Below are positions 48,073 through 56,897 of a stretch of DNA of 64,000 nucleotides, one piece after another. Made by a program: the position numbers and the translations under genes. Origin of the DNA: Desulfomonilia bacterium (GTDB lineage Bacteria; Desulfobacterota; Desulfomonilia; UBA1062); contig JBEKDT010000008.1 in assembly GCA_050014195.1 (NCBI GenBank), positions 32,001-96,000 of the forward strand. The letters are read 5' to 3'. Numbering within the stretch: the stretch's first letter is position 1; each line of letters begins with the position of its first letter. Under the pieces are notes generated by a model that saw only the letters and a list, made by a program, of their open reading frames with translations, ran no database searches and was not told the origin of the DNA.

Positions 48073-48906
48073 CTATGGTTTGAGGCGGTTGATGAATTTT
48101 GTTAAGAGTTCTTCTTCAAGGCCGTAATCGCCGAGTGAGAATGCATTCCTGCCGGGGCCGTGGAAATCGGTGCCGCCTGTGACCAAGAGCCCCAGCCTGG
48201 AGGCCAGACCGGTGTAGAGTGCTGTCTGCTCCGGGGTGTGCTCGGGGTAAAGGACCTCGATCCCGGCAAGGCCGGCCCCCATGAGGTCCTTGATAAATGC
48301 CTCCAATCCCTGTGAGCCCAGACCCAAGGTGTAGGGGTGGGCGAGCACCGGCAGGCCCCCAAAATGTACAATGAGGGAGACGGCCTTCTTCCAGGTCATC
48401 TTTTCCTTGGGCACATAGGCCTTCCTGCCTTTGCCGAGGTACTCATCGAATGCCTCATCGAAGGAACGGACATACCCTTTCTTGAGCAGGGCCTTTGCAA
48501 TGTGGGGCCTGCCGATCTGTGCATCCTTTGCCTCTTTCAGGACATCTGCTTCGGTAAGCATACACCCGAGGGCATTGAGTTTTTTAATGACCTTGGGGAT
48601 CCTTTCCCTGCGGGCTGTCTGCACCTGCTTAAGGGCCTCCTCAAGACCATGAGGGTTGGCGGGGAAATATCCCAGGATGTGAAGCATGCCCGGATCATAT
48701 TCAGCGCTGATCTCTACGCCCGCAATAACCCGGATGCCATGTGTCTTTATGGAATTCAGCACATTTTGAACCCCTGCAAGCGTGTCATGATCGGTCAGGG
48801 CGATAGCCTTAAGGTTCAGGTGCGCTGAGAGTGTAATGAGTTTCTCCGGGCTCAGATCGCCGTCGGATGCGGTTGAGTGGGTGTGAAGATCGGCCTTAAC
48901 AAGCAA
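48073..48906 (-). CDS. PHP-domain phosphoesterase (TrpH/YciV-like)
   Basis: DLHTHSTASDG, ALTDHDT, GVEIS, HILGY, GRPHIA, LAHP, TGGTDFHG. Confidence 0.93.
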   Translation of the reverse strand: MLVKADLHTHSTASDGDLSPEKLITLSAHLNLKAIALTDHDTLAGVQNVLNSIKTHGIRVIAGVEISAEYDPGMLHILGYFPANPHGLEEALKQVQTARRERIPKVIKKLNALGCMLTEADVLKEAKDAQIGRPHIAKALLKKGYVRSFDEAFDEYLGKGRKAYVPKEKMTWKKAVSLIVHFGGLPVLAHPYTLGLGSQGLEAFIKDLMGAGLAGIEVLYPEHTPEQTALYTGLASRLGLLVTGGTDFHGPGRNAFSLGDYGLEEELLTKFINRLKP

Positions 48907-48917
48907 AGCTTAATCTT

Positions 48918-49283
48918 TCATATGGGGACCGTGGTTTCCAGGACTTGTGCGATCTTTTTCTTGAGTTCGGTGAGGTCGGAGGATTTTACGACGTATGCAT
49001 CTGCGGCGATGGACTTGATGTCAACCTTATAGCTTCCATAGGCGCTGCAGAGGATCACGGGAAGGTTGTAGAACTTGTTCCTGATCTCCTGAAGGACGTC
49101 CAGGCCGTTACTGGAGACCATCTTGATATCAAGGATGATGACATCGGGTTTTTCCTTCTCGATGCGCTCCAGTATCCCTGAACCGTCTGAGGCAACAGCC
49201 ACCTCATAGCCTTCCTCTTCCAGCTCTTCGGCATAGAGCAGCCTGATGTGCTTCTCGTCATCGACGATCAATACCTTTGGCAT
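48918..49283 (-). CDS. Single-domain response regulator (receiver)
   Basis: VLIVDDE, ILDIKM, ILCSAY, YVVKSSDL. Confidence 0.92.
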   Translation of the reverse strand: MPKVLIVDDEKHIRLLYAEELEEEGYEVAVASDGSGILERIEKEKPDVIILDIKMVSSNGLDVLQEIRNKFYNLPVILCSAYGSYKVDIKSIAADAYVVKSSDLTELKKKIAQVLETTVPI

Positions 49284-49298
49284 TGAGAGCTCCTTTCT

Positions 49299-50516
49299 CT
49301 ATTGGCTCCACCGATAGGTGAGATATGGCTTGCTCTGTTCGAATACGAGGCACATATCTTCCAAATACTCCTCTGCCTGTTGATGGGACATTCCCTCGGT
49401 CTTGTTCACGAACGATAAGGTCATGCCGTAGTACAGGGGGACGAGGATATCGATGAGCTTACCCCGATCGAGGGTCTTCTTATGGTAGCCGATGGCGCAA
49501 TCGAAAAGGACACGTGCCCAAACGGGGATGGGCATTTCGAAGTGATCGATGTCGAGCGATGCGATCTCCCTGATCTTTTGGATATTCTCACTGGAAAACA
49601 TGGATCTGTAGACATCCCAGTGATTGTTGAACCCCTCCCTGAATTTTATATAGAGTTTGTCTTTGCTCACCTTGATGGCAGGCGGCGCTTCCACGTCGCC
49701 TATGCCGAATCCGAAGATGGCCGTGGGCTTGCTCCATTTGGTTGTTGCCCATTTGTCATGGAACACGCCCATGAGGTTGAACATGGTGATCACCATCTGG
49801 CGGAACATGGTGCCTACCTCCAGGGTGGGGTCCCTGGGTTTGCTGATCTTGGGCTTGCCCAGAAATGCCTGGCATATGGGAACGCCCTCATTCACGGCAA
49901 TGGTTGTCATCCATATGTCGATGCCGAACTGGCTCACATCCTCATCCCACAGGGGGCTTTTCAGAAAGATGCCCGCCATCTTTCCCGACAAACCGAAGTC
50001 CCCTCCGATCGGTTGCCGCACCCTCCTGCCGTACAGACTCCGGGTGAGAGGGTAGGCGATATTGTTGGTAATGGTGCCGTCATATTTATGCCTGACATAC
50101 AGGGGCGCCACAAATGCGAAGTCTTTGAAGACAGGTTCTGCAAGGTTTTTGATCCACAGCGGTGTTATGCTCTTGAGGCTGGCATCGATGATGACTGCTG
50201 CCTTTGCATCGAGTTCCAGGACTTTTCTCAACAGGTTTTTCACGTTGTTTCCCCTGCCCCTGATGCCCCTGGGTGTGGAGACATACATTTGAGGGATGCC
50301 ATGGGAGTCTGTATCCCTGAAGGCTTTGCCGGTCCCGTCGGTGCTGCTGTTGTCGCAGTTGATGATGACGCTGTCCAGATCTTTGAAGTAATCCTTCAAC
50401 CCCAGGCAAGCCTGCTCGGTGGGATATGCGATGTTGGATGCCTCGTTATAGGACGGAATACCTACGACGAGGTCGGCCTTTGTGATCCCACTGGGGTTGT
50501 CCTCCTGAAACTTCAT
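49299..50516 (-). CDS. Glycosyltransferase, glucosylglycerate/mannosylglycerate synthase-like
   Basis: DLVVGIPSYNEA, NCDNSSTDGT, APLYVRHKYDGTITN..YPL.R.LYG..VRQPIGGDFG, FGIDIWMTT.A. Confidence 0.8.
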   Translation of the reverse strand: MKFQEDNPSGITKADLVVGIPSYNEASNIAYPTEQACLGLKDYFKDLDSVIINCDNSSTDGTGKAFRDTDSHGIPQMYVSTPRGIRGRGNNVKNLLRKVLELDAKAAVIIDASLKSITPLWIKNLAEPVFKDFAFVAPLYVRHKYDGTITNNIAYPLTRSLYGRRVRQPIGGDFGLSGKMAGIFLKSPLWDEDVSQFGIDIWMTTIAVNEGVPICQAFLGKPKISKPRDPTLEVGTMFRQMVITMFNLMGVFHDKWATTKWSKPTAIFGFGIGDVEAPPAIKVSKDKLYIKFREGFNNHWDVYRSMFSSENIQKIREIASLDIDHFEMPIPVWARVLFDCAIGYHKKTLDRGKLIDILVPLYYGMTLSFVNKTEGMSHQQAEEYLEDMCLVFEQSKPYLTYRWSQ

Positions 50517-51061
50517 CCCTTCTCCCTATGATTTTGAGATGATACAGATAGATCTTTATTGTCCGATATTTCGTAAAGGGTGGCAATAGAAAAATATCAC
50601 TTTTTCAAGTGAGGAAGCACGGGATACCATCCTGCCCTTTATATCCGTGCGATTTTGGCCGAGAGTGCCTTTTAGACGATTATCCCTTAAGTTCTATTTT
50701 CAGTGAATATGCAAAGGGTCCACTGTCAGCTCTTGTTTTAGTGTTGGTTTTCTATTTGTAAGATCAAGTTGTAGCTAAGATAGATAATATCTATTACAGG
50801 AAACCCTTTTCTTCTTTATGTGGAAAATATTTTCATACTATCATAATAATTTCACTTTCTAAAAACAATATAACTATTCGAAATTCAGAGTGCTCGATAA
50901 TTAACTACATGTTTATACCTGATGATGCACTAGAATTAGTTTAGTAATTTCCAGACATTTTTTTGGCACATCTTATGTTATCCAAAAGATGTGGACATAT
51001 TACTTTCTCAAAGACAATTCACAAAAGCGAATCCCCAGGAAAAGAAGAAAGGAAAGAAGAC

Positions 51062-52600
51062 ATGAGCATGGATAAAAAATCACTGACGCAGATAGAGCAT
51101 GAATGCGGACGCAGCTCCCATAAGTGCGCTCCGGAAAATGAATGCCAGATATTCTATAGACTGCCATTTTCCTACCTGAAAACGCATGAGGAGAGGGAAA
51201 GGGATGCATGGCTATCCATGCAGACTATCCTTGAACAAGTCCGAGCGTCTTTATGCGAACCTTATTCTCTCATGATGGAAAAAGATGCTCAGGGAAAATC
51301 ATTTCCTCCAAATCATCGGGAATATTCTTTTCACAACGGGCTGATCATGAAAGCCGCATCTGATTGGTCAGATCTATGGATCAGATTCAACCGGGGAGAT
51401 GCGGTTCATGAACAAAGTATTCGAGAAGCCCTTGAGATCCTGGATAAGATCATGGTGTCCCTATCGCGTCCCGTTTATAGGTATGTCAAAACCGGGGCCG
51501 GTTTCAATGCCTGCCCAAACCGGAACCACGAATGGGCGGAACAAACCCGCGCCTTCATCGGCGTGGATGCAGGCTCTATTTCCATCAATACCGCCGTAGT
51601 GGATGAGGACGGGGTCATCCTGGAAACAGACTACACCCTGACCGAGGGCGATGTGCTCAACAATATCAAGAAATCCCTGGCTAATATCTCCACCCGGCTT
51701 CCCAGTAATCTGAAAATACTGGGAGCGGGTGTTACCGGCAGCGGGCATGAGATTGCCATGGCAGTATTGGATGCGGATGTGTATGAGACAGAGCTTGACG
51801 CTCATGCCGAGGCGGCCATCCACATGGTGCCCGGCGCACGAGTGGTGTTTGATATTGGCGGACAGGACTCCAAGGTGATGTTCCTCGAGAATGGGTTTCT
51901 GGACGAGGCCGGTATGAACAAAAAATGTGGGGCCGGCACCGGTGCGTTCCTGGATGCCCAGGCTGCAAGGCTCGGCATTCCTATTGAAAAATTCGGCGAG
52001 GTATCGTTGCGCGCCAAAAAGCCCTACAGCTTTTCCTGCATGTGCACGGTATTCGTGGGCCGCGACCTGATCTCCGAACAGGCCAAAGGCAACACCAAGG
52101 AAAATATCATTGCGGGTTTGCATAAGTCCCTGGCCATGAACTTCTTCTCCACCCTCGGCATTGATAAGAAGAAGCTGAAACCACCCATTGTCTTCCAGGG
52201 CGGGGTAGCCGCCAACATCGGCGTAAAAAGGGCGCTCGAAGAATGCCTGTCCGAGGCAAGGGGAGAAAAATGCGAGATTATCGTGCCCATGCGCCACAAC
52301 GTCATGGGCGCCATAGGCATGGCGCTGATCGCCCGGAAACAAGCAACCCTGGGAACGAAATTCCGGGGCTTTGAACTGTCGGCAAGGATTTTCAGTTTAT
52401 TCGAAGAGTGTGACCTGCATGGGAAAGTCGGTTGCAAAAAAGAGAGGATCTGTGACTTGGTGAAGCTCTTCATCGGCAATGAACGGGTACACACACTTTA
52501 TGCCTGCAAGGAATACTTCCCGATACTAGAGAATACAGAGAGCGAGGAGCAACAGTGGACAGACCGAAGATTGGCTGGTTCTGCACCTATACACCCATAG
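51062..52600 (+). CDS. HgdC/BcrAD/BadFG-family ATP-dependent activator with long N-terminal extension
   Basis: GVDAGSIS, VTGSG, ELDAH, DIGGQDSK, MNKKCGAGTGAFLD, CTVF, FQGGVAAN, MGAIG. Confidence 0.9.
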   Translation: MSMDKKSLTQIEHECGRSSHKCAPENECQIFYRLPFSYLKTHEERERDAWLSMQTILEQVRASLCEPYSLMMEKDAQGKSFPPNHREYSFHNGLIMKAASDWSDLWIRFNRGDAVHEQSIREALEILDKIMVSLSRPVYRYVKTGAGFNACPNRNHEWAEQTRAFIGVDAGSISINTAVVDEDGVILETDYTLTEGDVLNNIKKSLANISTRLPSNLKILGAGVTGSGHEIAMAVLDADVYETELDAHAEAAIHMVPGARVVFDIGGQDSKVMFLENGFLDEAGMNKKCGAGTGAFLDAQAARLGIPIEKFGEVSLRAKKPYSFSCMCTVFVGRDLISEQAKGNTKENIIAGLHKSLAMNFFSTLGIDKKKLKPPIVFQGGVAANIGVKRALEECLSEARGEKCEIIVPMRHNVMGAIGMALIARKQATLGTKFRGFELSARIFSLFEECDLHGKVGCKKERICDLVKLFIGNERVHTLYACKEYFPILENTESEEQQWTDRRLAGSAPIHP

Positions 52601-53595
52601 AGATCATCGAGGCCGCTGGGCTTATGCCCTACGGCATCCGTGAAAATTCGGGCAAGGCTTATGAGGACGTCTACCTGGGCGACTCCGTGTGCTCCTATGT
52701 GCGTAGCTGCCTTGGGGGGGCACTCTCCGGCGCCTATGATTTCCTGGACGGCGTGGTGATCGCTCATTCCTGTGAGTGCATGAGAAGACTCTACGACGCA
52801 TGGATGTTCAAGCAAGAAGAGATTAAACCCAAACGCGTCTTTTTCCTTGACGTGCCCAGGGTCAAGAGTGAGCCGGCCATACATTTCTTTGCGAAGCAAA
52901 TCGAGCGGCTCAAAGAAGAAATGGAAGCATGTTACGGGGAGATCAGCCACACATCGCTTATAAATGCCATCAATACGTCCAACCGGACACGGGAACTGAT
53001 CGCTCGCTTGAACGAAACTAGAAAAAAGGATTACCCGCCTATCACCGGCTCAGAGGTGGCACAGCTTATAAAGAAGGGCATGGCCGCGCCGGGGGACAGT
53101 TTCAATCAGGAGCTGGAGGAACTGCTTGCAGGCCTCAACGGCAGGTCCGGAGATATGGATCGTCCACGCGTTCTGGTTTACGCAGGTCCTGCCTATGGCA
53201 GGCTGATTGAGTCCGTGGAAGAGGCGGGGGGAATCGTGGTGTGCGAACACATGTGCAATGGACTGAGACAATTTGGGAAGACCGTGGAGAGGGATGATGA
53301 CCCTATCCTGGAGCTGAGCCGCCGTTATCTCGAAAAGCCGCCCTGCCCTCGCATGATCGGAGAGCATAGCATGGAAGGTCTCTTCGAGCTGAAAAGAATG
53401 GTGGATGAGTTCAAGGTCGACGGCATCATTTACTGCTCTGTTAAGTTCTGCTCCAACATGCAGGCGGGCTGGCCCCTGTTCAAGGAAGAGCTTCAAGCGG
53501 GCGTTCCGATGAAATTTCTCGAAGGGGACATGGAAGCCGGGATTAATGAACGGGAAGTACAGTCATTCATAAAAAAGCTTGCGAGAAGGAGATAG
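52555..53595 (+). CDS. 2-hydroxyacyl-CoA dehydratase/benzoyl-CoA reductase family subunit
   Basis: IGWFCTYTPIEII.AAG, CSYVRS, HSCECMRRLYD, CNG.R, PCPRM, VDGII...KFC. Confidence 0.9.
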   Translation: MDRPKIGWFCTYTPIEIIEAAGLMPYGIRENSGKAYEDVYLGDSVCSYVRSCLGGALSGAYDFLDGVVIAHSCECMRRLYDAWMFKQEEIKPKRVFFLDVPRVKSEPAIHFFAKQIERLKEEMEACYGEISHTSLINAINTSNRTRELIARLNETRKKDYPPITGSEVAQLIKKGMAAPGDSFNQELEELLAGLNGRSGDMDRPRVLVYAGPAYGRLIESVEEAGGIVVCEHMCNGLRQFGKTVERDDDPILELSRRYLEKPPCPRMIGEHSMEGLFELKRMVDEFKVDGIIYCSVKFCSNMQAGWPLFKEELQAGVPMKFLEGDMEAGINEREVQSFIKKLARRR

Positions 53596-53599
53596 CCAT

Positions 53600-55003
53600 A
53601 TGGCGCACGAGAGAATCATCGAGGAGAATACAAAGCAACGAGAAATCCAATTCAGGAACTTCGCGGCCGCGGCCGGGCTTTCAGAAGAAATTGTGATCGA
53701 GGCCATGAAAACTCGTTTCGCTAAGCCATGGCCTGAGCTTACAGCTTCGCAGAAGCGGGGGAGATTATTGAGCGAGCAGTTCCTTGCCTGCTACAACAAG
53801 ACCTCGGATGGCAAAATGAAGTATCAGCGCGTTGCTTGGAGGAGCCTGTTCATGCCTACCGAGATCCTCTATGCCATGGACCTTATGCCCTTTACCGGGG
53901 AAATGGCTGCAGCCCAACTCGCCATGTCCGGTCTATCCGCAGCAAGACTTGAAACTGCGGAGGGCAACGGTTTTTCTCCGGACCTTTGCTCCTTTATCAA
54001 GACCTGCGCCGGTGCCACACTGGAAGATATATTCCCTTCTCCCGACATCATATTCACCACCTCGCACCTGTGCGACCCTGCGGCTAAGTTCGCCACCTAT
54101 GTCTCTCGGAAGTATGGGCGCCCGGAGTTCGTCCTTGATATTCCCTATGGAGTATGGGGTTGCGGCTCTCAAGACATAGAGATGAAAAAGATTAATGAGG
54201 CCGTGGACTATGTGGCCAGCCAGATCGAGAACATGGTTGAATTCATCACCGCACATACCGGGGTCAAGCTTGAAGAGGCACGATTAAGAGAAGTCATAGA
54301 CTGGACCAACCAGGCCAGAAAGTGGTTCAAGCTCGGCAATGATGTTACGTATAACAAGGGCACCATTGCCACTGTCAAGCGAGGGAGCAAGGACCTGGAC
54401 TACGCTGCAAATCTGATGCAGACCTGGGGCACGAGGGAAATCGTTGATGTATATGAAACAAGGTATCATGAGTTCATGGCATGTGAAAATGCGATGAGGA
54501 GCTCTTCAAAGCCACGGATCGTATGGGGGCATTTACGACCATACTATAAGAACGACATCGTTGATTATATCGAGGAGAAAGCCGACATCGTGGCCTCACA
54601 GGTGAACTTCATTTTCTGGGATGAACTCGACCCCAACGACCCCTTCCGTTCCATAGCACGAAAGACCATCCTCAACCCGGCGTATTGTCCGCTGCAATAC
54701 AGGATCGATCTATACATCCGGGAGATCCAGCGCGGGGACGGAATTATCGCATTTTATCCCAAATCGTGCCGGCATTTTCACAGCGGCGCGCGTATGGAAG
54801 CGGAGGCGCTTAAAAAGGCGGGCATTCCTATGCTCACCATTGACGGCGACTGCATAGACAACCGCGGTGACGATTTTCTCGTCCTCAAAACGAGGATTGA
54901 CCGTTTCCTGAAAAGTTTGAGTGCTGTGCACCCGATTGAAAGGGGAGATGCATTCAAGCCTGCTTCTCCTCCCTCCGGCTGTGAACTAGGGGATGATAAA
55001 TAG
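53600..55003 (+). CDS. Second 2-hydroxyacyl-CoA dehydratase family subunit
   Basis: PTEILYAMDL, GFSPDLCSF, HLCD, F.LD.P, KSCR, AGIPML.IDGDC.D.R....KTRID.F; AAGGAG RBS before ATG at 53600. Confidence 0.9.
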   Translation: MAHERIIEENTKQREIQFRNFAAAAGLSEEIVIEAMKTRFAKPWPELTASQKRGRLLSEQFLACYNKTSDGKMKYQRVAWRSLFMPTEILYAMDLMPFTGEMAAAQLAMSGLSAARLETAEGNGFSPDLCSFIKTCAGATLEDIFPSPDIIFTTSHLCDPAAKFATYVSRKYGRPEFVLDIPYGVWGCGSQDIEMKKINEAVDYVASQIENMVEFITAHTGVKLEEARLREVIDWTNQARKWFKLGNDVTYNKGTIATVKRGSKDLDYAANLMQTWGTREIVDVYETRYHEFMACENAMRSSSKPRIVWGHLRPYYKNDIVDYIEEKADIVASQVNFIFWDELDPNDPFRSIARKTILNPAYCPLQYRIDLYIREIQRGDGIIAFYPKSCRHFHSGARMEAEALKKAGIPMLTIDGDCIDNRGDDFLVLKTRIDRFLKSLSAVHPIERGDAFKPASPPSGCELGDDK

Positions 55004-55082
55004 AACAGGGTTATGTATTCTTCTGAAGAAATAAAAGGGGACGTTTCTATTGCAGGGGGAATAACAGGCAATTTATTTTCAC

Positions 55083-55113
55083 AACTTCAAACCTAAAACG
55101 TAAAACTTAAAAC
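55083..55113. repeat. Short heptamer tandem array
   Basis: AACTTCA AACCTAA AACGTAA AACTTAA AAC. Confidence 0.6.
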
Positions 55114-55214
55114 ATACTGCCAGAAACCACTCTCAACTCACCAATGAACGGCTGATATAGGGGGAAATCCGCCCTTGCCTTTTGAGGTGGTATATGTGAT
55201 CCTACACAATTCAC

Positions 55215-56897
55215 ATGCATACGCCCGATAAACCATTGATCGTCCAGAGTGATGGAAGCATCCTGTTGGAGGTGCTCTCCGATACCTATGAGGAGGCACG
55301 GGATGCCATCCTGCCTTTTGCAGAGCTCATCAAGTCGCCCGAATATGTCCACACCTACCGGATAACGCCGCTTTCCCTGTGGAATGCGGCCGCCATGGGC
55401 ATAACACACGACCAGGTCCTGACAAGCCTCAGTCAATATACCCGCTATGATATCCCCCAGACCGTCATGCACCGCATCCGGGAGGCCTTCGATCGCTGGG
55501 ATGCAGTGCGGCTCTTTAAGGCCACGGAGAGCTCACTCCTCGTAGAGGTGAGTTCCGGGCCGCTCCTCGATCAGCTTTGTGCCAAACAGGAGATCTCCAA
55601 GATCATCCTGGAGACGGTTCCTGCGAAAGGCTTCATCATCCCTTCAGGTATCCGCGGCAGGTTCAAGCACATGCTCATCAAGATGGGCTATCCGGTGCAT
55701 GACCTCGTGGGATATGACAAGGGGGATGACCTTGAAATTTCACTGCGCGCTCAGACCCTGACCGGGCAGGACTTCTCTCTGAGGCCCTATCAGGTGGAGG
55801 CCTCAGACAACTACTGGGCCGGCGGGAGCCCGAGGGGCGGGCAGGGCATCGTGGTGCTCCCTTGCGGTGCAGGCAAGACCATCGTCGGCATGGGGGCGAT
55901 GGCAAAGGCAAAGGCCCATACCCTGATCCTGTGCACCAATGTCTCGGCGGTGCACCAGTGGATAAGCGAACTGGCGGACAAGACCACCCTGGCCAGGGAG
56001 GAGATCGGGGAATACACCGGGGCTAAGAAGGAGATCAAACCGGTGACCGTGACCACCTATCAGATGCTCACCTACCGGAAGTCCAAGGACGGACCGTTCG
56101 AGCATATGAATCTCATGATGGCGCGCAACTGGGGGCTCATCATCTACGACGAGGTACACGTGGTCCCGGCGCCTGTTTTCCGGGCTACCGCGGAGCTGCA
56201 GGCAAAAAGGAGGCTCGGGCTCACCGCAACCCTTATCCGGGAGGACGGCCTGGAGCAGGACACCTTTTCACTCGTAGGCCCCAAGTGCTATGACGTTCCG
56301 TGGAAGGAGCTGGAGCACAAAGGCTTCATTGCAGAGGCCCTCTGTTGCGAGGTAAGGGTGCCTTTGCCTCTGGAAAAGGGCCCGGAGTATGTGCATGCCT
56401 CCGATAAGATCCAGTTCAGGATCGCATCCGAAAACTCCTTTAAAGAGCATGTGGTGAAAGATCTCATCAGGAAGCACCCCGACGAGCCGGTCCTCATCAT
56501 CGGCCAGTACCTGAGCCAGTTGAAGAAGATCTCATCGGCCCTGAAGGCGCCGATGATCACCGGTGCCACACCGAATGCACAGAGGGATATACTCTATGAT
56601 TCCTTCCGCAGGGGCGAGATCCCCGTACTCGTGGTCTCCAAGGTGGCCAACTTCGCCATTGACCTGCCCGATGCCTCGGTGGCCATCCAGGTGTCGGGCA
56701 CCTTCGGCTCGAGGCAGGAGGAGGCACAGAGGCTTGGGAGGATTCTGAGGCCCAAGGAGCGGATCTCCACGTTCTATACCCTGGTAACCAGGGAGACATC
56801 CGAAGAGATTTTCGCCCACAAGAGGCAGGTATTTCTGGCAGAGCAGGGGTACCGGTACCGGATTGAGGAGTGGTCCCTTGATGACATCAACGCATGA
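55215..56897 (+). CDS. XPB/Ssl2/Rad25-like SF2 DNA helicase
   Basis: PLIVQSDGSILLEV, AELIKSPEYVHTYRITPLSLWNA, LPCGAGKT, DEVH, GLTAT, SGTFGSRQEEAQRLGRILRPK. Confidence 0.95.
   Translation: MHTPDKPLIVQSDGSILLEVLSDTYEEARDAILPFAELIKSPEYVHTYRITPLSLWNAAAMGITHDQVLTSLSQYTRYDIPQTVMHRIREAFDRWDAVRLFKATESSLLVEVSSGPLLDQLCAKQEISKIILETVPAKGFIIPSGIRGRFKHMLIKMGYPVHDLVGYDKGDDLEISLRAQTLTGQDFSLRPYQVEASDNYWAGGSPRGGQGIVVLPCGAGKTIVGMGAMAKAKAHTLILCTNVSAVHQWISELADKTTLAREEIGEYTGAKKEIKPVTVTTYQMLTYRKSKDGPFEHMNLMMARNWGLIIYDEVHVVPAPVFRATAELQAKRRLGLTATLIREDGLEQDTFSLVGPKCYDVPWKELEHKGFIAEALCCEVRVPLPLEKGPEYVHASDKIQFRIASENSFKEHVVKDLIRKHPDEPVLIIGQYLSQLKKISSALKAPMITGATPNAQRDILYDSFRRGEIPVLVVSKVANFAIDLPDASVAIQVSGTFGSRQEEAQRLGRILRPKERISTFYTLVTRETSEEIFAHKRQVFLAEQGYRYRIEEWSLDDINA

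Noticed and set aside
49482-50531. Long antisense ORFs (349 aa here; also 56962-58116, 16634-17536, 40132-41028, 51461-52342, 22251-23096)
   Set aside because: They are shadows on the opposite strand of well-supported genes in GC-rich coding DNA and show no motifs.
51062-55003. Class I benzoyl-CoA reductase (bcrABCD)
   Set aside because: Only one ATPase subunit is present and no aromatic-degradation genes are adjacent.
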